Assembly (NCBI GenBank): GCA_963833985.1
Contig: CAWIAD010000002.1
Location: forward strand, 3,648,001 to 3,712,000
Source: an uncultured Planctomycetaceae bacterium
Lineage (GTDB): Bacteria; Planctomycetota; Planctomycetia; Isosphaerales; Isosphaeraceae
DNA length: 64,000 nucleotides
Reading direction: 5' to 3'
The position numbers and the translations under genes are program-made. The notes beneath the pieces were generated by a model. The model worked only from the letters and a program-made list of their open reading frames with translations. It searched no databases and was not told the origin of the DNA. Positions 1-10,786 of this stretch are shown here, in pieces (position 1 is the stretch's first letter; the number at the start of each line of letters is the position of its first letter).

Positions 1-63
1 AAGTGGGGACAACCCCGGCAAGCGCCCCTGTTCATCGTTCTTCACCGGTTCTGCTTCCATGAC

Positions 64-193
64 GCTGATTCTTACCGATCCGCTTCGCCCCCACTGCCGA
101 TTCGTCGATCCAGAGCGTCTGGTAGTACGGATGTCCTCACCCTGTCGAAGCTCCGCAGTTCCCATTATCATCGAACCAGAGCGGCAAAGCAGG
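64..193 (-). pseudogene. Internally deleted relic of the 12347-13242 segment
   Basis: 64-130 matches ~12347-12413 (QTLWIDExAVGAKRI) and 131-193 matches ~13180-13242 (PALxLWFDDNGN). Confidence 0.75.
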
Positions 194-258
194 AATGACC
201 CATCCGTAATCATCGTACTATGACGAAATGCCCCGATCGTCCGTGAAGGACCAGATTC

Positions 259-978
259 ATGGTAGATCCGTTGGAACGACAAAGCCCGCCCCGGCTCGTG
301 GGCTATGAGTCGTGGTTATACCAGATGCCATGCATCGACAGCAGCGGTGATGTGTTCGTCTCTGTACCGCTCCCGAAGGATGCTGACGACTCGGGCGAGT
401 CGCCGAACCGCTGGCTGATCGCTCTTGGTGACATCAGCGGCAAGGGTGAGATTGCTTCCCGCCTGAAAGACGCCTTGGAGACTGAGGTGATCCGGCTGGT
501 GGGAATCACAACCGAACCTGCCTCGATCCTCAAGGCGCTCACAAGCGATCTGGGTGATTCAACCAAGGATCGATTCGCCACTTTGCTGGTGGTCGTGATC
601 GACAGCGACCGCCATGAACTGACACTCGCCAACGCCGGTTATGTCCCTCCGCTTCTCCGACGTGTTGATCGGCGGGTAGAGTCTCTTGCCGAGGAGATCA
701 CAGGGCTTCCCCTCTGGATTGATGCGGGGTGGATCTACGAGTACGCCACTGTGCCGGTTGGTCCCGGCGAGGTCGTGATCTTTCACTCTGACGGAGTGAC
801 AGCCGTGATCGACCACCAGAACCAACTTTTTGACCTGAAATCTCTACAACGGGCAATCGCTCAAGCTTCTGACGGTGCGGCATCGGTGGGGCAGTCGATC
901 CTTGAAGCCATTCGCCATTTCGGACAGGGGCGAGCCCAGCAGGACGACATCACTCTGCTCTGCTTGGGGGGGTGGTAA
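259..978 (+). CDS. PP2C/SpoIIE (RsbU-like) serine phosphatase
   Basis: Motifs ALGDISGKG, FATL, ANAG, HSDGV and DDITL. Confidence 0.85.
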   Translation: MVDPLERQSPPRLVGYESWLYQMPCIDSSGDVFVSVPLPKDADDSGESPNRWLIALGDISGKGEIASRLKDALETEVIRLVGITTEPASILKALTSDLGDSTKDRFATLLVVVIDSDRHELTLANAGYVPPLLRRVDRRVESLAEEITGLPLWIDAGWIYEYATVPVGPGEVVIFHSDGVTAVIDHQNQLFDLKSLQRAIAQASDGAASVGQSILEAIRHFGQGRAQQDDITLLCLGGW

Positions 979-1184
979 CGGAGGTAACGCACAAAGGACA
1001 GGGCTAATGTCCGAAAGGAACACCACACGGAGTGACGAGCCCAGATCCGCAGTAGCGGGCTGCCAGCGTCGGCTTTGATCGAGGTAGGAAAGAGGTCACC
1101 GATTGCTCGCCTCAGAGCCGCAGGACATGATGTTGAAGGAGTGCAACCCGTCGTGATGCTGCAACGTCGAAAGGACTCGTGACG

Positions 1185-1598
1185 ATGGCAATACCGAGAG
1201 AACCTTGGAACATCCGTCCGGCAAAGAAGAGAGCCTCTGTATCTGCCTCGATCAAGGCTGAGGTTGAGGCGAAAGCGAAGGACTTGATTGACAACGTGTT
1301 GAAGCTCAAGCACGTTCTGCCTCCTCCCGTTGAAGCGCGGTTCAACTACATCACCGACATCGGGGCGAAGTGGTACAGGAATTACTTCTACTTCTTCTCG
1401 ATCTATGCCTGCCCAGGTCCGAACGCCCTCTTCCCCACGTTCGAGTCGAGATTCGCCAGGATGGAACCCCTCGGTGGCGGCAAGTTCGCCCTCTACTTCA
1501 TGCGGTATACGGGGAAGGAGTGGGTTGGCATTGGCGATGCTCTTTCGGTGGACGAGTGCATGAAAGCCATCCAGGACGATGCTTGGTTCGTGCCGTGA
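1185..1598 (+). CDS. Hypothetical protein
   Basis: Protein-like ORF with an AAGGA RBS upstream; start at 1179 or 1185. Confidence 0.65.
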   Translation: MAIPREPWNIRPAKKRASVSASIKAEVEAKAKDLIDNVLKLKHVLPPPVEARFNYITDIGAKWYRNYFYFFSIYACPGPNALFPTFESRFARMEPLGGGKFALYFMRYTGKEWVGIGDALSVDECMKAIQDDAWFVP

Positions 1599-1641
1599 GT
1601 GACTGAGCTAGACCGATCATCCTATAAGAGATGGGGGTTCG

Positions 1642-1968
1642 ATGAGCGTGCCTGACGAAGTGCGGCGTGACGCTGAAAGGACCGGAGAGCTTGTCCACAA
1701 GAAACTCATGGAGATCATGGACTTGCAGGCTGACATCGACACCCTGTTGCGAGGTGACCAGCCCACGCCCTTCGGTTCGAGTAACTGGCAGTACGCCTCA
1801 CTGGAAGCCCTTCAACGGATTGTGGCGATGACGGCGATCCAGTTCGTCCTGTTCGAGCCACCGGGGAGGGTCAAGGGCAACGACGAGTTTCAGGTCGCTG
1901 CCGATAAGCTCATTGAGATCATCATCGCTCAACTGAAAACCCTCAAAACAAAGAAATCCGATTGGTGA
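1642..1968 (+). CDS. Hypothetical protein
   Basis: 108-aa ORF co-oriented with its neighbours. Confidence 0.55.
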   Translation: MSVPDEVRRDAERTGELVHKKLMEIMDLQADIDTLLRGDQPTPFGSSNWQYASLEALQRIVAMTAIQFVLFEPPGRVKGNDEFQVAADKLIEIIIAQLKTLKTKKSDW

Positions 1969-1973
1969 CGCAC

Positions 1974-2177
1974 ATGGACCCCGAGACCGTCGAAAAGCTC
2001 GAAGGAAAGATCGAGGAAGCCATCGCCGAGGTCATCGTGAAGATGGGTCTGAAGAAGCTGCCGCTTCTGCCATCCCGCCACACCATGCACCTGATGGCGA
2101 AAGCCGCTGTCACGGTGTATGAGGCAGCCGTGGAGAACTGTGCGCTTGGGCGACAATCAGGGGAGACAGCGAACTAA
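1974..2177 (+). CDS. Small hypothetical protein
   Basis: MDPETVEKLEGKIEEAI..., starting just after the previous stop. Confidence 0.55.
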   Translation: MDPETVEKLEGKIEEAIAEVIVKMGLKKLPLLPSRHTMHLMAKAAVTVYEAAVENCALGRQSGETAN

Positions 2178-2572
2178 TCGTCTTCCCCCAAGAGCCACCC
2201 GCGTGCCTGTTCGACCAAGAGCAAATCGCTAGCGGAACGGCGAAGCTCATCCTGGCGCTCATCTTCGACGACTTCCGGGTCTATATCCGCCTCTTCCTCC
2301 GCATCCAGCGGTTCATAGAGGCTGGGATCGAATGGCTCGGACTGGCGAGCCTCCTCCAAATATGCAGCCAACTGCCAAGTCTCGAAGATCGTCTTGATCC
2401 CGCCGACGAACGCAGGGATCTCAGCACGGAACTCGGCGTCAGTTTCAGCGGCTTGGAGAAAGTTCAGGAACTTCTCCCCGATGACGTAGTCGAGGGCATT
2501 TTGAGTGCCGAACTCAGCCTCGATCTGGCGGGTCCCTTCGCATTGCTCAATCCAGATTTCGCAAGGTCTCAT
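2174..2572 (-). CDS. Acidic hypothetical protein
   Basis: 132-aa ORF with a strong GGAGGAGG RBS. Confidence 0.65.
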   Translation of the reverse strand: MRPCEIWIEQCEGTRQIEAEFGTQNALDYVIGEKFLNFLQAAETDAEFRAEIPAFVGGIKTIFETWQLAAYLEEARQSEPFDPSLYEPLDAEEEADIDPEVVEDERQDELRRSASDLLLVEQARGWLLGEDD

Positions 2573-2773
2573 TTCCCCTCCTCCAGTTGCCTCTTTAACC
2601 GATTACCCTGCCGCCCGATGTCCGATTGGGTCGATCAGCGGCAGGTGATGACACCGCTTCGCGTCAGACCACTTCACCCTCAGATTACCCTGAAGAGCCA
2701 GATGTGCAACGTGTTATGATAGCCCCGGAGCATGGCACTGGGATCAATGGGGCGCTGATCACGAGGAGATCCT

Positions 2774-4270
2774 GTGATGTTGTCGAAGCATCTACCGGCA
2801 TCCTTGGCATTCCTCCTGCCTTTATTCGTCGTCTGCCTGCCGAGCTATGGCGAAGATGCCAGGCAGCAATCCGATGGTCTGGTCACGATCTCGCCTGAGC
2901 AGACCAGCGAGCTTCTCGCAAACCCCGCCATGGGCTGGGAGACCTTCCACCGCTCAAATCGACATGACAGGAACCTCCCGTCATGGATTCCATCGACAGT
3001 CTATTACCTCCGATGGGGTTGGGGTGAATTGGAGCCTCGACCTGGACAGATCAACTACGATCTCCTGGATCGAGTTCTGAAAGACAGCCACGACTCAGGG
3101 CAAACGCTGGCGTTCAGGGTCATGTGCTGTTCAACGACTCGGAACGAGCCGTACCATCCCAGGTGGTTGAAAGAGGTCGGAGACAAGGAACTGGTCGCCG
3201 ACTACGAAGGAACTGCATTCCCCATCGCCGACATTGATGATCCGATCACCCTCCAGCGGCATCTCGATTTCATCAAACGGCTTGGCGAGAGGTACTACGG
3301 TCACCCTGACATTGCTCATGTTGATATCGGATCGATCGGCTGGTGGGGTGAGTGGCACCTCAGCGGCTCCCAAAAGAACAAAATGCCGTCCTTGGAGAAC
3401 CGGACCAAGGTGATCGATGCCTATCTTGCCGCCTTCAAGAAGACTCCGTTGTTGATGCTGATCGGTGGCGGTCAGTGCCTCAAGTACGCCTCACAGCATG
3501 GGGCGGGTTGGCGTGCTGACTGTCTCGGTGACATGGGCGGATTCTCCAGGACTTGGTACCACATGCGGGACAGTTATCCGATCTCGATCAAGGAAATCGG
3601 CATCCAGGACACCTGGAAGACCGCTCCCATCGCCTGGGAGACCTGTTGGGACATGCGAAAGTGGGTAAGAGATGGGTGGTCACTACGGTACATCTTTAAT
3701 TACGCTCTTGCCCTTCATGCCTCGTATATCAACAACAAGTCGGCACCGCTCCCATCCGGGGATAATGTGCGCCCAGAGCTTGAGAGATTCCTGCGAAGGC
3801 TGGGTTATCGGCTGGTGCTCAAGGAGTTAAAGCATCCTTCGGTTGCCAAACCCGGAGCCAAGCTGGATCTGCTGATGAATTGGCAAAACGTCGGCTCCGC
3901 TCCTTGCTACAAGCCTTACCGACTTGCTTACCGTCTGAGCAATGATCAGGGCTATGCCAAGGTTTTCGTCTCCAACATCACGGTCAACCACTGGCTGCCC
4001 GGCTCGATCGAACTGTTTACGGAGGACTTCTTCAAGGAGCCGAAAGACCTCCCTCCGGGGGAGGTCGCCTCTGTCACCGACTCGATAACGCTGCCAGGGG
4101 ATATCCCAGCAGGTGTCTACGTCCTGTCCCTGGCTGTTGTGGAAGAGCATCGCTCGAATCCCGTGGTGAGGCTGGGGATCAAGGGGCGTGCGAACGATGG
4201 ATGGTATCCGCTGAGCCAAATCCGGGTGACATCACATGCTGGCTTACCGACTCACGATAAGTCACGCTGA
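2774..4270 (+). CDS. Secreted DUF4832-type glycoside-hydrolase-like protein
   Basis: Signal peptide; NPAMGW, YLRWGWGELEP, GWWGEWH and LGYRL...WQNVGSAP motifs. Confidence 0.75.
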   Translation: MMLSKHLPASLAFLLPLFVVCLPSYGEDARQQSDGLVTISPEQTSELLANPAMGWETFHRSNRHDRNLPSWIPSTVYYLRWGWGELEPRPGQINYDLLDRVLKDSHDSGQTLAFRVMCCSTTRNEPYHPRWLKEVGDKELVADYEGTAFPIADIDDPITLQRHLDFIKRLGERYYGHPDIAHVDIGSIGWWGEWHLSGSQKNKMPSLENRTKVIDAYLAAFKKTPLLMLIGGGQCLKYASQHGAGWRADCLGDMGGFSRTWYHMRDSYPISIKEIGIQDTWKTAPIAWETCWDMRKWVRDGWSLRYIFNYALALHASYINNKSAPLPSGDNVRPELERFLRRLGYRLVLKELKHPSVAKPGAKLDLLMNWQNVGSAPCYKPYRLAYRLSNDQGYAKVFVSNITVNHWLPGSIELFTEDFFKEPKDLPPGEVASVTDSITLPGDIPAGVYVLSLAVVEEHRSNPVVRLGIKGRANDGWYPLSQIRVTSHAGLPTHDKSR

Positions 4271-4349
4271 AGGACGAGATTGCCCCGTACAGAAACCTGG
4301 TGGCGTCAGGCTCGTCCGGTAGATTATCGACTGTGAAAGATCGAGAAAC

Positions 4350-5018
4350 GTGCCAACCCAATTCACCCCAGATGATGCCCGGCATTTCTACGACCGGTTC
4401 GGGTCCAAGCAGGACACGCAAGGGTTCTACGAGAATCCGGCTCTCGATGATCTGTTAGAATACGCCGACTTCGAGCATGCCCGCTCGGTCCTGGAGTTCG
4501 GCTGTGGAACCGGCTCACTTGCCCGAAAACTCTTCGAGACGGTCCTCTCGGCAGATGCTCGATACCTCGGTCTGGACATCAGTGGGACCATGATCGGACT
4601 GGCGACTGGCAGGCTGGAGCCGTGGCAGGCTCGTGCAGAGGTGCGACAGGCAGATGGCTCTCCATGTCTCCCTGTGCCCAATGCCTCAGTCGATCGCTTC
4701 TTAGCGACCTATGTATTCGACCTCCTCGACCCGATGTATTCCCGCCGCTTGATCGCCGAGGCGCAGCGTGTTCTTATCCCTGGTGGTCTTCTCTGCGCAG
4801 TCAACATGACGCAAGGTACAGGAGTCTTCTCTCGGTTCGTGTCGCGGCTCTGGGCATCGATCTGCGACCGCTTCCCCAGGTCAGTCGGCGGTTGTCGCCC
4901 AATCCATCTCGCAGAGTTTCTGAAACCGGAAGACTGGCGCATCCAATACCATCGATCCCTCGTCTCTTTCGGGATATCTTCTGAAATCATGGTCGCTGAG
5001 CGGCTCGATACCGTGTAA
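4350..5018 (+). CDS. Class I SAM-dependent methyltransferase
   Basis: Motif I VLEFGCGTG, plus GLDIS. Confidence 0.85.
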   Translation: MPTQFTPDDARHFYDRFGSKQDTQGFYENPALDDLLEYADFEHARSVLEFGCGTGSLARKLFETVLSADARYLGLDISGTMIGLATGRLEPWQARAEVRQADGSPCLPVPNASVDRFLATYVFDLLDPMYSRRLIAEAQRVLIPGGLLCAVNMTQGTGVFSRFVSRLWASICDRFPRSVGGCRPIHLAEFLKPEDWRIQYHRSLVSFGISSEIMVAERLDTV

Positions 5019-5104
5019 GGGAGCAATGACTCACCAGGCAAGGGTAAACTTAGCCTCTCATGCACCAGGGTGAACCAATCGACCATCAGATCTCTGGAGC
5101 CATC

Positions 5105-6934
5105 ATGCCACGACGCCATTCCCCGATCCCGCTGATCATGGCTGCGATCTCGATCTCTGTCGCCTCAATGACCGCTGCCGAGGAACCGACATTCGACCGC
5201 AAGGAAGACGTGATCTATGGGCGAAAGTATGGCACCGCCCTGACGATGGATGTCTTCACTCCCAAGAAGGATGCCAAAGGCATCGGAGTCATCTTTGTCG
5301 TCAGCGGTCGTTTCTTCTCCTCACACGAGGCAATCAACCCTGCCTTTGTCCGACCATTCATTGACCGGGGCTTCACGGTCTTCGCTGTGGTTCACGGCAG
5401 CCAGCCCCGCTTCACCGTCCCCGAGATTGTCCAGGACATGAACCGAGCCGTTCGCTTCATCCGCCATCACGCGAGGGATTACGGAATTGAGCCGGTTCGG
5501 ATCGGAGTCTACGGCGGCTCGGCAGGTGGGCACTTGTCACTGATGCTCGGCACGGCAGGCGACAAGGGTGATCCGAATGCCAAAGACCCCGTTGATCGGG
5601 AATCCAGCCGAGTGCAGGCGGTTGCCTGCTTCTTCCCGCCTACCGATCTGCTCAACTTCGGCAAGCCTGGCAAGGAGATGATCCACGCCACCGATCATCA
5701 ACCTCCGTTCCGAGCCGCCTTCGACTACCGCGAACTCGACAAGCAGAGCATGCTCTGGGTTCCGATCACTGGTGACCAGCGACTTCGGGAGATCACTCGG
5801 CAAATCTCACCGATCACATTCGTCACGCCCGATGACCCGCCGACGCTGATCATTCACGGCGACGGAGACCCGCTGGTGGCGCTCCAGCAATCTGAATTTA
5901 TCGTGGACAAGTTCAAGAAGACTGGCGTCGAGGCGAAGCTGGTGGTCAAGAAAGGCGCAGGGCACGGCTGGGCAGGACTGGAAAAGGACTTGCCCCTGTT
6001 CGCTGATTGGTTCGAGCAGCATCTCAAGAAAGGAAGCAATGAATCCCCCTCCGCTGCCCACAAGCTCATTCCCCAAATCGATGGAGCCTGGTGGCAGATC
6101 GCTGGCAATCCCAACCTCGGGGAATTGACGGGTGAGAAACAGCAGCCCGTGGACTTTGCCGTCTGGCAAGCCGAGGACGGGACTTGGCAACTCTGGTCGT
6201 GCATCCGCCAGACCAAGGGCGGCGGGAAGACGCGACTGTTCTACCATTGGGAAGGCAAGGCACTGACCGATGCCAACTGGACACCTAAAGGCATAGCCTT
6301 GAGAGCCGATCCTGACGTGGGTGAGACGAATGGGGGCTTGCAGGCTCCTCATGTGATCCGGCGCAACGGGACTTTCCTGATGTTCTACGGCGACTGGCAG
6401 CACATCGCCCTGGCAACCAGCAACGACGGCAAGACCTTCAATCGCCACTTGAACCGTTCCGGGACAGTTGGACTGTTCGATGAGGGACCGGGCAGCAATA
6501 CCCGTGACCCTATGATCCTGCCCATCGGCGATGTGCTCTACTGCTATTACACAGCATTTCCCGGAGGGAAGGGAGCCGTCTATTGCCGCACGTCGGAGGG
6601 CAATCTGGATGACTGGGGCGCTTCAAAGAGGGTAGCCTTCGGAGGTCAGGCAGGGACCAATCCGTTTTCAGCCGAGTGTCCACATGTGGTCTTCATCGAC
6701 GGCTACTATTACCTGTTCCGCACTCAGAGATACGGACAAGATGCCCAGACCAGCGTCTATCGATCTCAAGACCCGTTCGACTTCGGTATCGAGGATGATC
6801 GTTGCTTCGTTGGCACATTGCCCATAGCGGCTCCTGAGATCATTCAGCATGAGGGGTCATGGTTCATCGCCGCTCTAAACCCCGGACTGAATGGCATCCG
6901 CATCGCCAAGCTCAAGTGGTCACCGCAGGAATAG
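5105..6934 (+). CDS. Secreted alpha/beta-hydrolase (esterase) fused to a five-bladed beta-propeller glycosidase-like domain
   Basis: GGSAGG nucleophile, HGDGDPLV and AGHG in the N half; QAPHV, RDPM, AECPHV and AAPEI blades in the C half. Start at 5060 or 5105. Confidence 0.75.
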   Translation: MPRRHSPIPLIMAAISISVASMTAAEEPTFDRKEDVIYGRKYGTALTMDVFTPKKDAKGIGVIFVVSGRFFSSHEAINPAFVRPFIDRGFTVFAVVHGSQPRFTVPEIVQDMNRAVRFIRHHARDYGIEPVRIGVYGGSAGGHLSLMLGTAGDKGDPNAKDPVDRESSRVQAVACFFPPTDLLNFGKPGKEMIHATDHQPPFRAAFDYRELDKQSMLWVPITGDQRLREITRQISPITFVTPDDPPTLIIHGDGDPLVALQQSEFIVDKFKKTGVEAKLVVKKGAGHGWAGLEKDLPLFADWFEQHLKKGSNESPSAAHKLIPQIDGAWWQIAGNPNLGELTGEKQQPVDFAVWQAEDGTWQLWSCIRQTKGGGKTRLFYHWEGKALTDANWTPKGIALRADPDVGETNGGLQAPHVIRRNGTFLMFYGDWQHIALATSNDGKTFNRHLNRSGTVGLFDEGPGSNTRDPMILPIGDVLYCYYTAFPGGKGAVYCRTSEGNLDDWGASKRVAFGGQAGTNPFSAECPHVVFIDGYYYLFRTQRYGQDAQTSVYRSQDPFDFGIEDDRCFVGTLPIAAPEIIQHEGSWFIAALNPGLNGIRIAKLKWSPQE

Positions 6935-7036
6935 CCCTCGATTCTCACCTCCTGGCGTGTGTGCTGGTTCTTCCGTGGCGGGCGCTGGTATGCTGAGCCC
7001 ATTCCCATCTTCTAGCGAACCAGGAAAGGGTCTCCA

Positions 7037-8011
7037 ATGGACGATTCACAGAGACGCTCCCCAGATGCCAGCGGATCGACCTCCAGCCGCCGAGGATTCC
7101 TGCAACAGACTGCGGGGATCGCTACGGGCATCGCCACACTGACAAGCTCGATTCACGCGGCTGAGCAGCCTGCCTCATCATCGTCCCTGTTGCCGACCGT
7201 TCAACTGGGTCCGCATCGGGTGACTCGGCTCATCATCGGGGGCAATCCCGTCTACGGCTACTCCCACTTCAACAAGCACTTCGACCGCCACATGACCGCC
7301 TGGCACACACCGGAGCGGGTCATTGAGTTGCTCAAGCGGTGCGAGGAATGCGGGCTCAACACCTTCCAGAACAGTTACTCGGAGCGAACGCTGTCCGACC
7401 TGGAACGATACCGGTCATCGGGTGGCACGATGCACTGGCTCTGCCTGGGCAATCCCGACTGGGACCAACATCCCGAGTTCATCGACGACGCTGCCAAACA
7501 CAAGCCCATCGGCATTTCTCCCCACGGGCACTTGAACGAGCGGCTCCATCGCCAGAAGAAATACAACGTTTTGACCGACCTGTTGAAGCGAATCCGAGAC
7601 CAGGGTGTTTTGGTCGGTCTCTCAGCCCACGACCCGACCCTGATCGAGACCGCCGAAGAGAAGGGCTGGGATGTCGATTACTACATGACCGCTCTCTACT
7701 TCCTTAGCCGAACGAAAGAAGAACAGCGGGCAATCCTGGGCAACGACTTACCCCTGGGCGAGATTTACTTGCCTTCCGACCCTCCCAGGATGTTCAAGGC
7801 GATCAAGGCGACCTCGAAGCCTTGCCTGGCTTACAAGCTCTTGGCGGCTGGGCGACGGATCGGCAGTCCCGCCGAGGTGAGGCGGTGCTTCGAGGAGGCA
7901 TTTTCCAATCTCAAGCTCAAGGATGCGGCGATTGTGGGCATGTACCAGCAATTCGGCGATCAGGTTGCCGAAAATGCCGCCATCGTCCGGGAGATCGGGT
8001 CAAGGGGATGA
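7037..8011 (+). CDS. Tat-exported aldo/keto-reductase-like TIM-barrel protein
   Basis: SRRGFL Tat motif; LGPHRVTRLIIGGN, GLSAH and AYKLLAAGR. Confidence 0.7.
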   Translation: MDDSQRRSPDASGSTSSRRGFLQQTAGIATGIATLTSSIHAAEQPASSSSLLPTVQLGPHRVTRLIIGGNPVYGYSHFNKHFDRHMTAWHTPERVIELLKRCEECGLNTFQNSYSERTLSDLERYRSSGGTMHWLCLGNPDWDQHPEFIDDAAKHKPIGISPHGHLNERLHRQKKYNVLTDLLKRIRDQGVLVGLSAHDPTLIETAEEKGWDVDYYMTALYFLSRTKEEQRAILGNDLPLGEIYLPSDPPRMFKAIKATSKPCLAYKLLAAGRRIGSPAEVRRCFEEAFSNLKLKDAAIVGMYQQFGDQVAENAAIVREIGSRG

Positions 8012-8088
8012 AGCGGTCAAACCCGACTTCGCAATCCTATGGGGTAAGAGGGTCTAGCTGGGTGCGAATACTGGAGGGATGGTGCTGC

Positions 8089-8667
8089 ATGACGGGAGAT
8101 AAGGCTGAAGTAGGCAAAGCTCTGATCGACGGCGCTCTGACTGCGTTTCGTTCCAACAAGGGCTGGGCAGATAAAGCCATTGCCCAGCTTTCCGATGACA
8201 GGTTGCACGTCGCGCTCGATCCCAACACGAACTGCATCGCCGTCATCATGAAGCACGTCGCCGGGAACTTGCTTTCTCGTTGGACGGAATTCCTCACGAC
8301 TGATGGCGAGAAACCTTCGCGGAACCGGGATGACGAGTTCGTGGACACTTTCAACACACGGGACGAGTTGACCGCCTATTGGGAGTCGGGCTGGCAACGA
8401 CTACTTGACTCTTTGGTGGACCTCACGCCAAACGATCTGGGCAAGACCGTTACCATCCGTGGCGAGTCGCATTCCGTGCCGCTTGCCATACAACGCTCGC
8501 TGGCACATTGTGCCTACCACGTCGGTCAGATCGTGTTGATCGCAAGGATACTCGCCGGGGACCACTGGTCCACCATCACTATCCCCCGTGGTGCCTCCGC
8601 AAACTTCAACCAGAAGGTATGGGGCAAGGGGCACTATCAGACGCCGAAGCAAGGAGAGGGGCAGTAA
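8089..8667 (+). CDS. DUF1572/DinB-like protein
   Basis: NCIAVIMKHVAGNLLSRWTEFLTTDGEKP.RNRDDEF and HCAYHVGQI. Confidence 0.85.
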   Translation: MTGDKAEVGKALIDGALTAFRSNKGWADKAIAQLSDDRLHVALDPNTNCIAVIMKHVAGNLLSRWTEFLTTDGEKPSRNRDDEFVDTFNTRDELTAYWESGWQRLLDSLVDLTPNDLGKTVTIRGESHSVPLAIQRSLAHCAYHVGQIVLIARILAGDHWSTITIPRGASANFNQKVWGKGHYQTPKQGEGQ

Positions 8668-8777
8668 TAGGCTACAACGAGTCCGTCTTGTGAGACGCTT
8701 TGCTCGTCGGTGTCCTTTGCTAAACGATGACCGATCAGTTAAATCGGTTTCAACTTGTGTGAAATAGGAGACCGACC

Positions 8778-9524
8778 ATGACCGTTCAGCAAGCAGACAT
8801 CCCCTCCGCTCACCGCTGGGTTCGCAGGCTGGTCCCGGTCTCGATCGTGATTCTGATCGTGGGCAGCCTCTTAGCCGTTCTGGGGCGTGCTGTGAGTCAG
8901 GCACGAAACGCCGCCACGTCGGCAGCCACCTCCTGAAATCTGAAGCAGATCTCGTTGGCGGTCGCCAACTATCACGAGAGGTACGGTTGCTTCCCGCCTG
9001 CCTATGTTGCTGACCGTGATGGCAACCGTATGCATAGCTGGAGAGTTTTGATCCTGCCGTTTCTGGAGCAGCAGGAACTTTACAACGCATACAACTTCGC
9101 TGAACCCTGGAACGGTCCTAGCAACCGGAAGCTGGCAGGCAGGATTGGCAACATCTAACTTCGCTTAGGGCTAGATTCCGACCAGATCCACACCACGAGC
9201 TTCGTCGCAGTTGTTGGACCCCAGTCCATGTGGTTGGGCAGCAAGCCGAGAAACCGTAATGACCTCGGTGATGGGGCGCACGACACGCTAATGGTGGTCG
9301 AGGTCCAAGACGGGCAGTTCCTCTGGATGGAGCCAAGAGACCTAGAACTCGACAGCATGAGTTTCAGGATCAACGATGGATCGGGACGGGGGCTGGGCAG
9401 CAGGCTGGGTGGCGCTCGGGTGGTCTCTGCTGACACGACTGTCCGCACGCTTCCCGACGATTTCGACCCCAACAAGCTCAGGGCGATGCTCACAGCGAAC
9501 GGCGGGGAGAAGATCGAGGAATAG
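8778..9524 (+). pseudogene. DUF1559 (prepilin-like, Planctomycete) protein with two in-frame stops
   Basis: One frame from ATG 8778 (AGGAG RBS): NLKQISLAVANYH, HSWRVLILPFLEQ. TGA at 8934-8936 and TAA at 9156-9158. Confidence 0.85.
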
Positions 9525-9561
9525 GCGAATCAGGAGTACTTGATAGAGACGGGAGGCTGCC

Positions 9562-10260
9562 ATGACCAAGCAAGGTAACATGCCGGTTCTCCGAGCCGTG
9601 GGCAGAGGAATTCTGGGAGCTTTCGCAGGCATGTGCATCGGATTCTTCCCAGGAACGCTCGTCTTGGTATTCATTCTCCACGTCGTCTTACACTCATACT
9701 TCGGTTCTCCGGCTCAAGCTGAACGAACCCTATACTTCGGCATCTCAGCCATTGTGGGAGCCATCTTGGGGGCTATATCGGGCGTCACGATTGGGGAACG
9801 ACAGGTTGCCAGTGGGGCGGGGCAGATTCCCAGTGGGGCGAACAGAAGGTTCTTCCATCCTCTGGGTATGTTCGTCGGTCTGGTCTGCGGTGCAATCTTC
9901 GGAGCAGCATTTGCATCCTTATTCGTTTACAGTTCTCACCCAACGGATGCACATGATGCTCTTGTTGTAACTTGTATTGCCGCCGTTATTGGCAGCATAG
10001 GAGGAGGCTTCATTGGATCGACCGGCTGGATGATGATCGGTGGGGCTCTAGTCGGGTGGATCATCGTTGGTATTGGATTCGTATTGGCATACCACCATAT
10101 CAAAGGAATGATTTACGGGGCACTGTTCGGGGCTCCTCTCGGTGCTTTTTTCGGTTTCTTTCACGGGCTTCGTCAGGAGGAATCAGCGAAACGCTTGAAA
10201 CCAAAGACACCCGAGTCCTCCTCAGCCGCCAGCGTTTGGGACCGGGAGATTGATTCTTGA
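9562..10260 (+). CDS. Gly-rich multi-pass membrane protein
   Basis: Several GxxxG hydrophobic helices; GGGAGG RBS. Confidence 0.7.
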   Translation: MTKQGNMPVLRAVGRGILGAFAGMCIGFFPGTLVLVFILHVVLHSYFGSPAQAERTLYFGISAIVGAILGAISGVTIGERQVASGAGQIPSGANRRFFHPLGMFVGLVCGAIFGAAFASLFVYSSHPTDAHDALVVTCIAAVIGSIGGGFIGSTGWMMIGGALVGWIIVGIGFVLAYHHIKGMIYGALFGAPLGAFFGFFHGLRQEESAKRLKPKTPESSSAASVWDREIDS

Positions 10261-10267
10261 TCTATCA

Positions 10268-10762
10268 TCAAGTTCCTTTGCTGGAGCCTTTCTCCGCGAC
10301 CGCTTGCATCTTGCCGAGCAGGTGCATCTCGCCGCAGTGGCATGCCTCGTCGTGCAACCCGTGCAGAATCGCCGAACGGACGCTGCGTTTGGAATTGCTC
10401 GCCGATGGACTGTCCAGTTGCTCTTCGGTCAATTCGCCGATGAGTTTTCTCAACCTCTTGTGCTGGGTTTCGAGGTGATGGATTACCTCAGAAAGCTGGG
10501 GAAAGTGATCGGCTGGCACAAGAGCGGGGTGGCTCTCTTAACTGAACATATCGTACCACCCATCTGGAATCTGCGGTGTCCGTTTCAGGGATTTCATGGT
10601 CACCCATTCGTCCAGGACGTATGCATGACCAGCATGCCACAGAATGGTGTGCTGAAGCCCAGGTGGAACCCAGCATGCGTGATCGACGGGTACGGACTTG
10701 AGGATGCGGAGCGTCTTGGCTCGAACCTCATCAAGCAGGAGAAGCAGGCATTTATCGGGCAT
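10268..10762 (-). pseudogene. DinB-family protein with an in-frame stop
   Basis: ILWHAGH and HGLHDEACHCGE in the same frame; TAA at 10538-10540. Confidence 0.8.
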
Positions 10763-10786
10763 ATCTGTATCTCCTACAGGCGATCC

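Noticed and set aside
1100..1142. IARLRAAGHDV peptide resembling a PIN-like toxin N-terminus
   Set aside because: Too short, with no start or continuation, to support a call.
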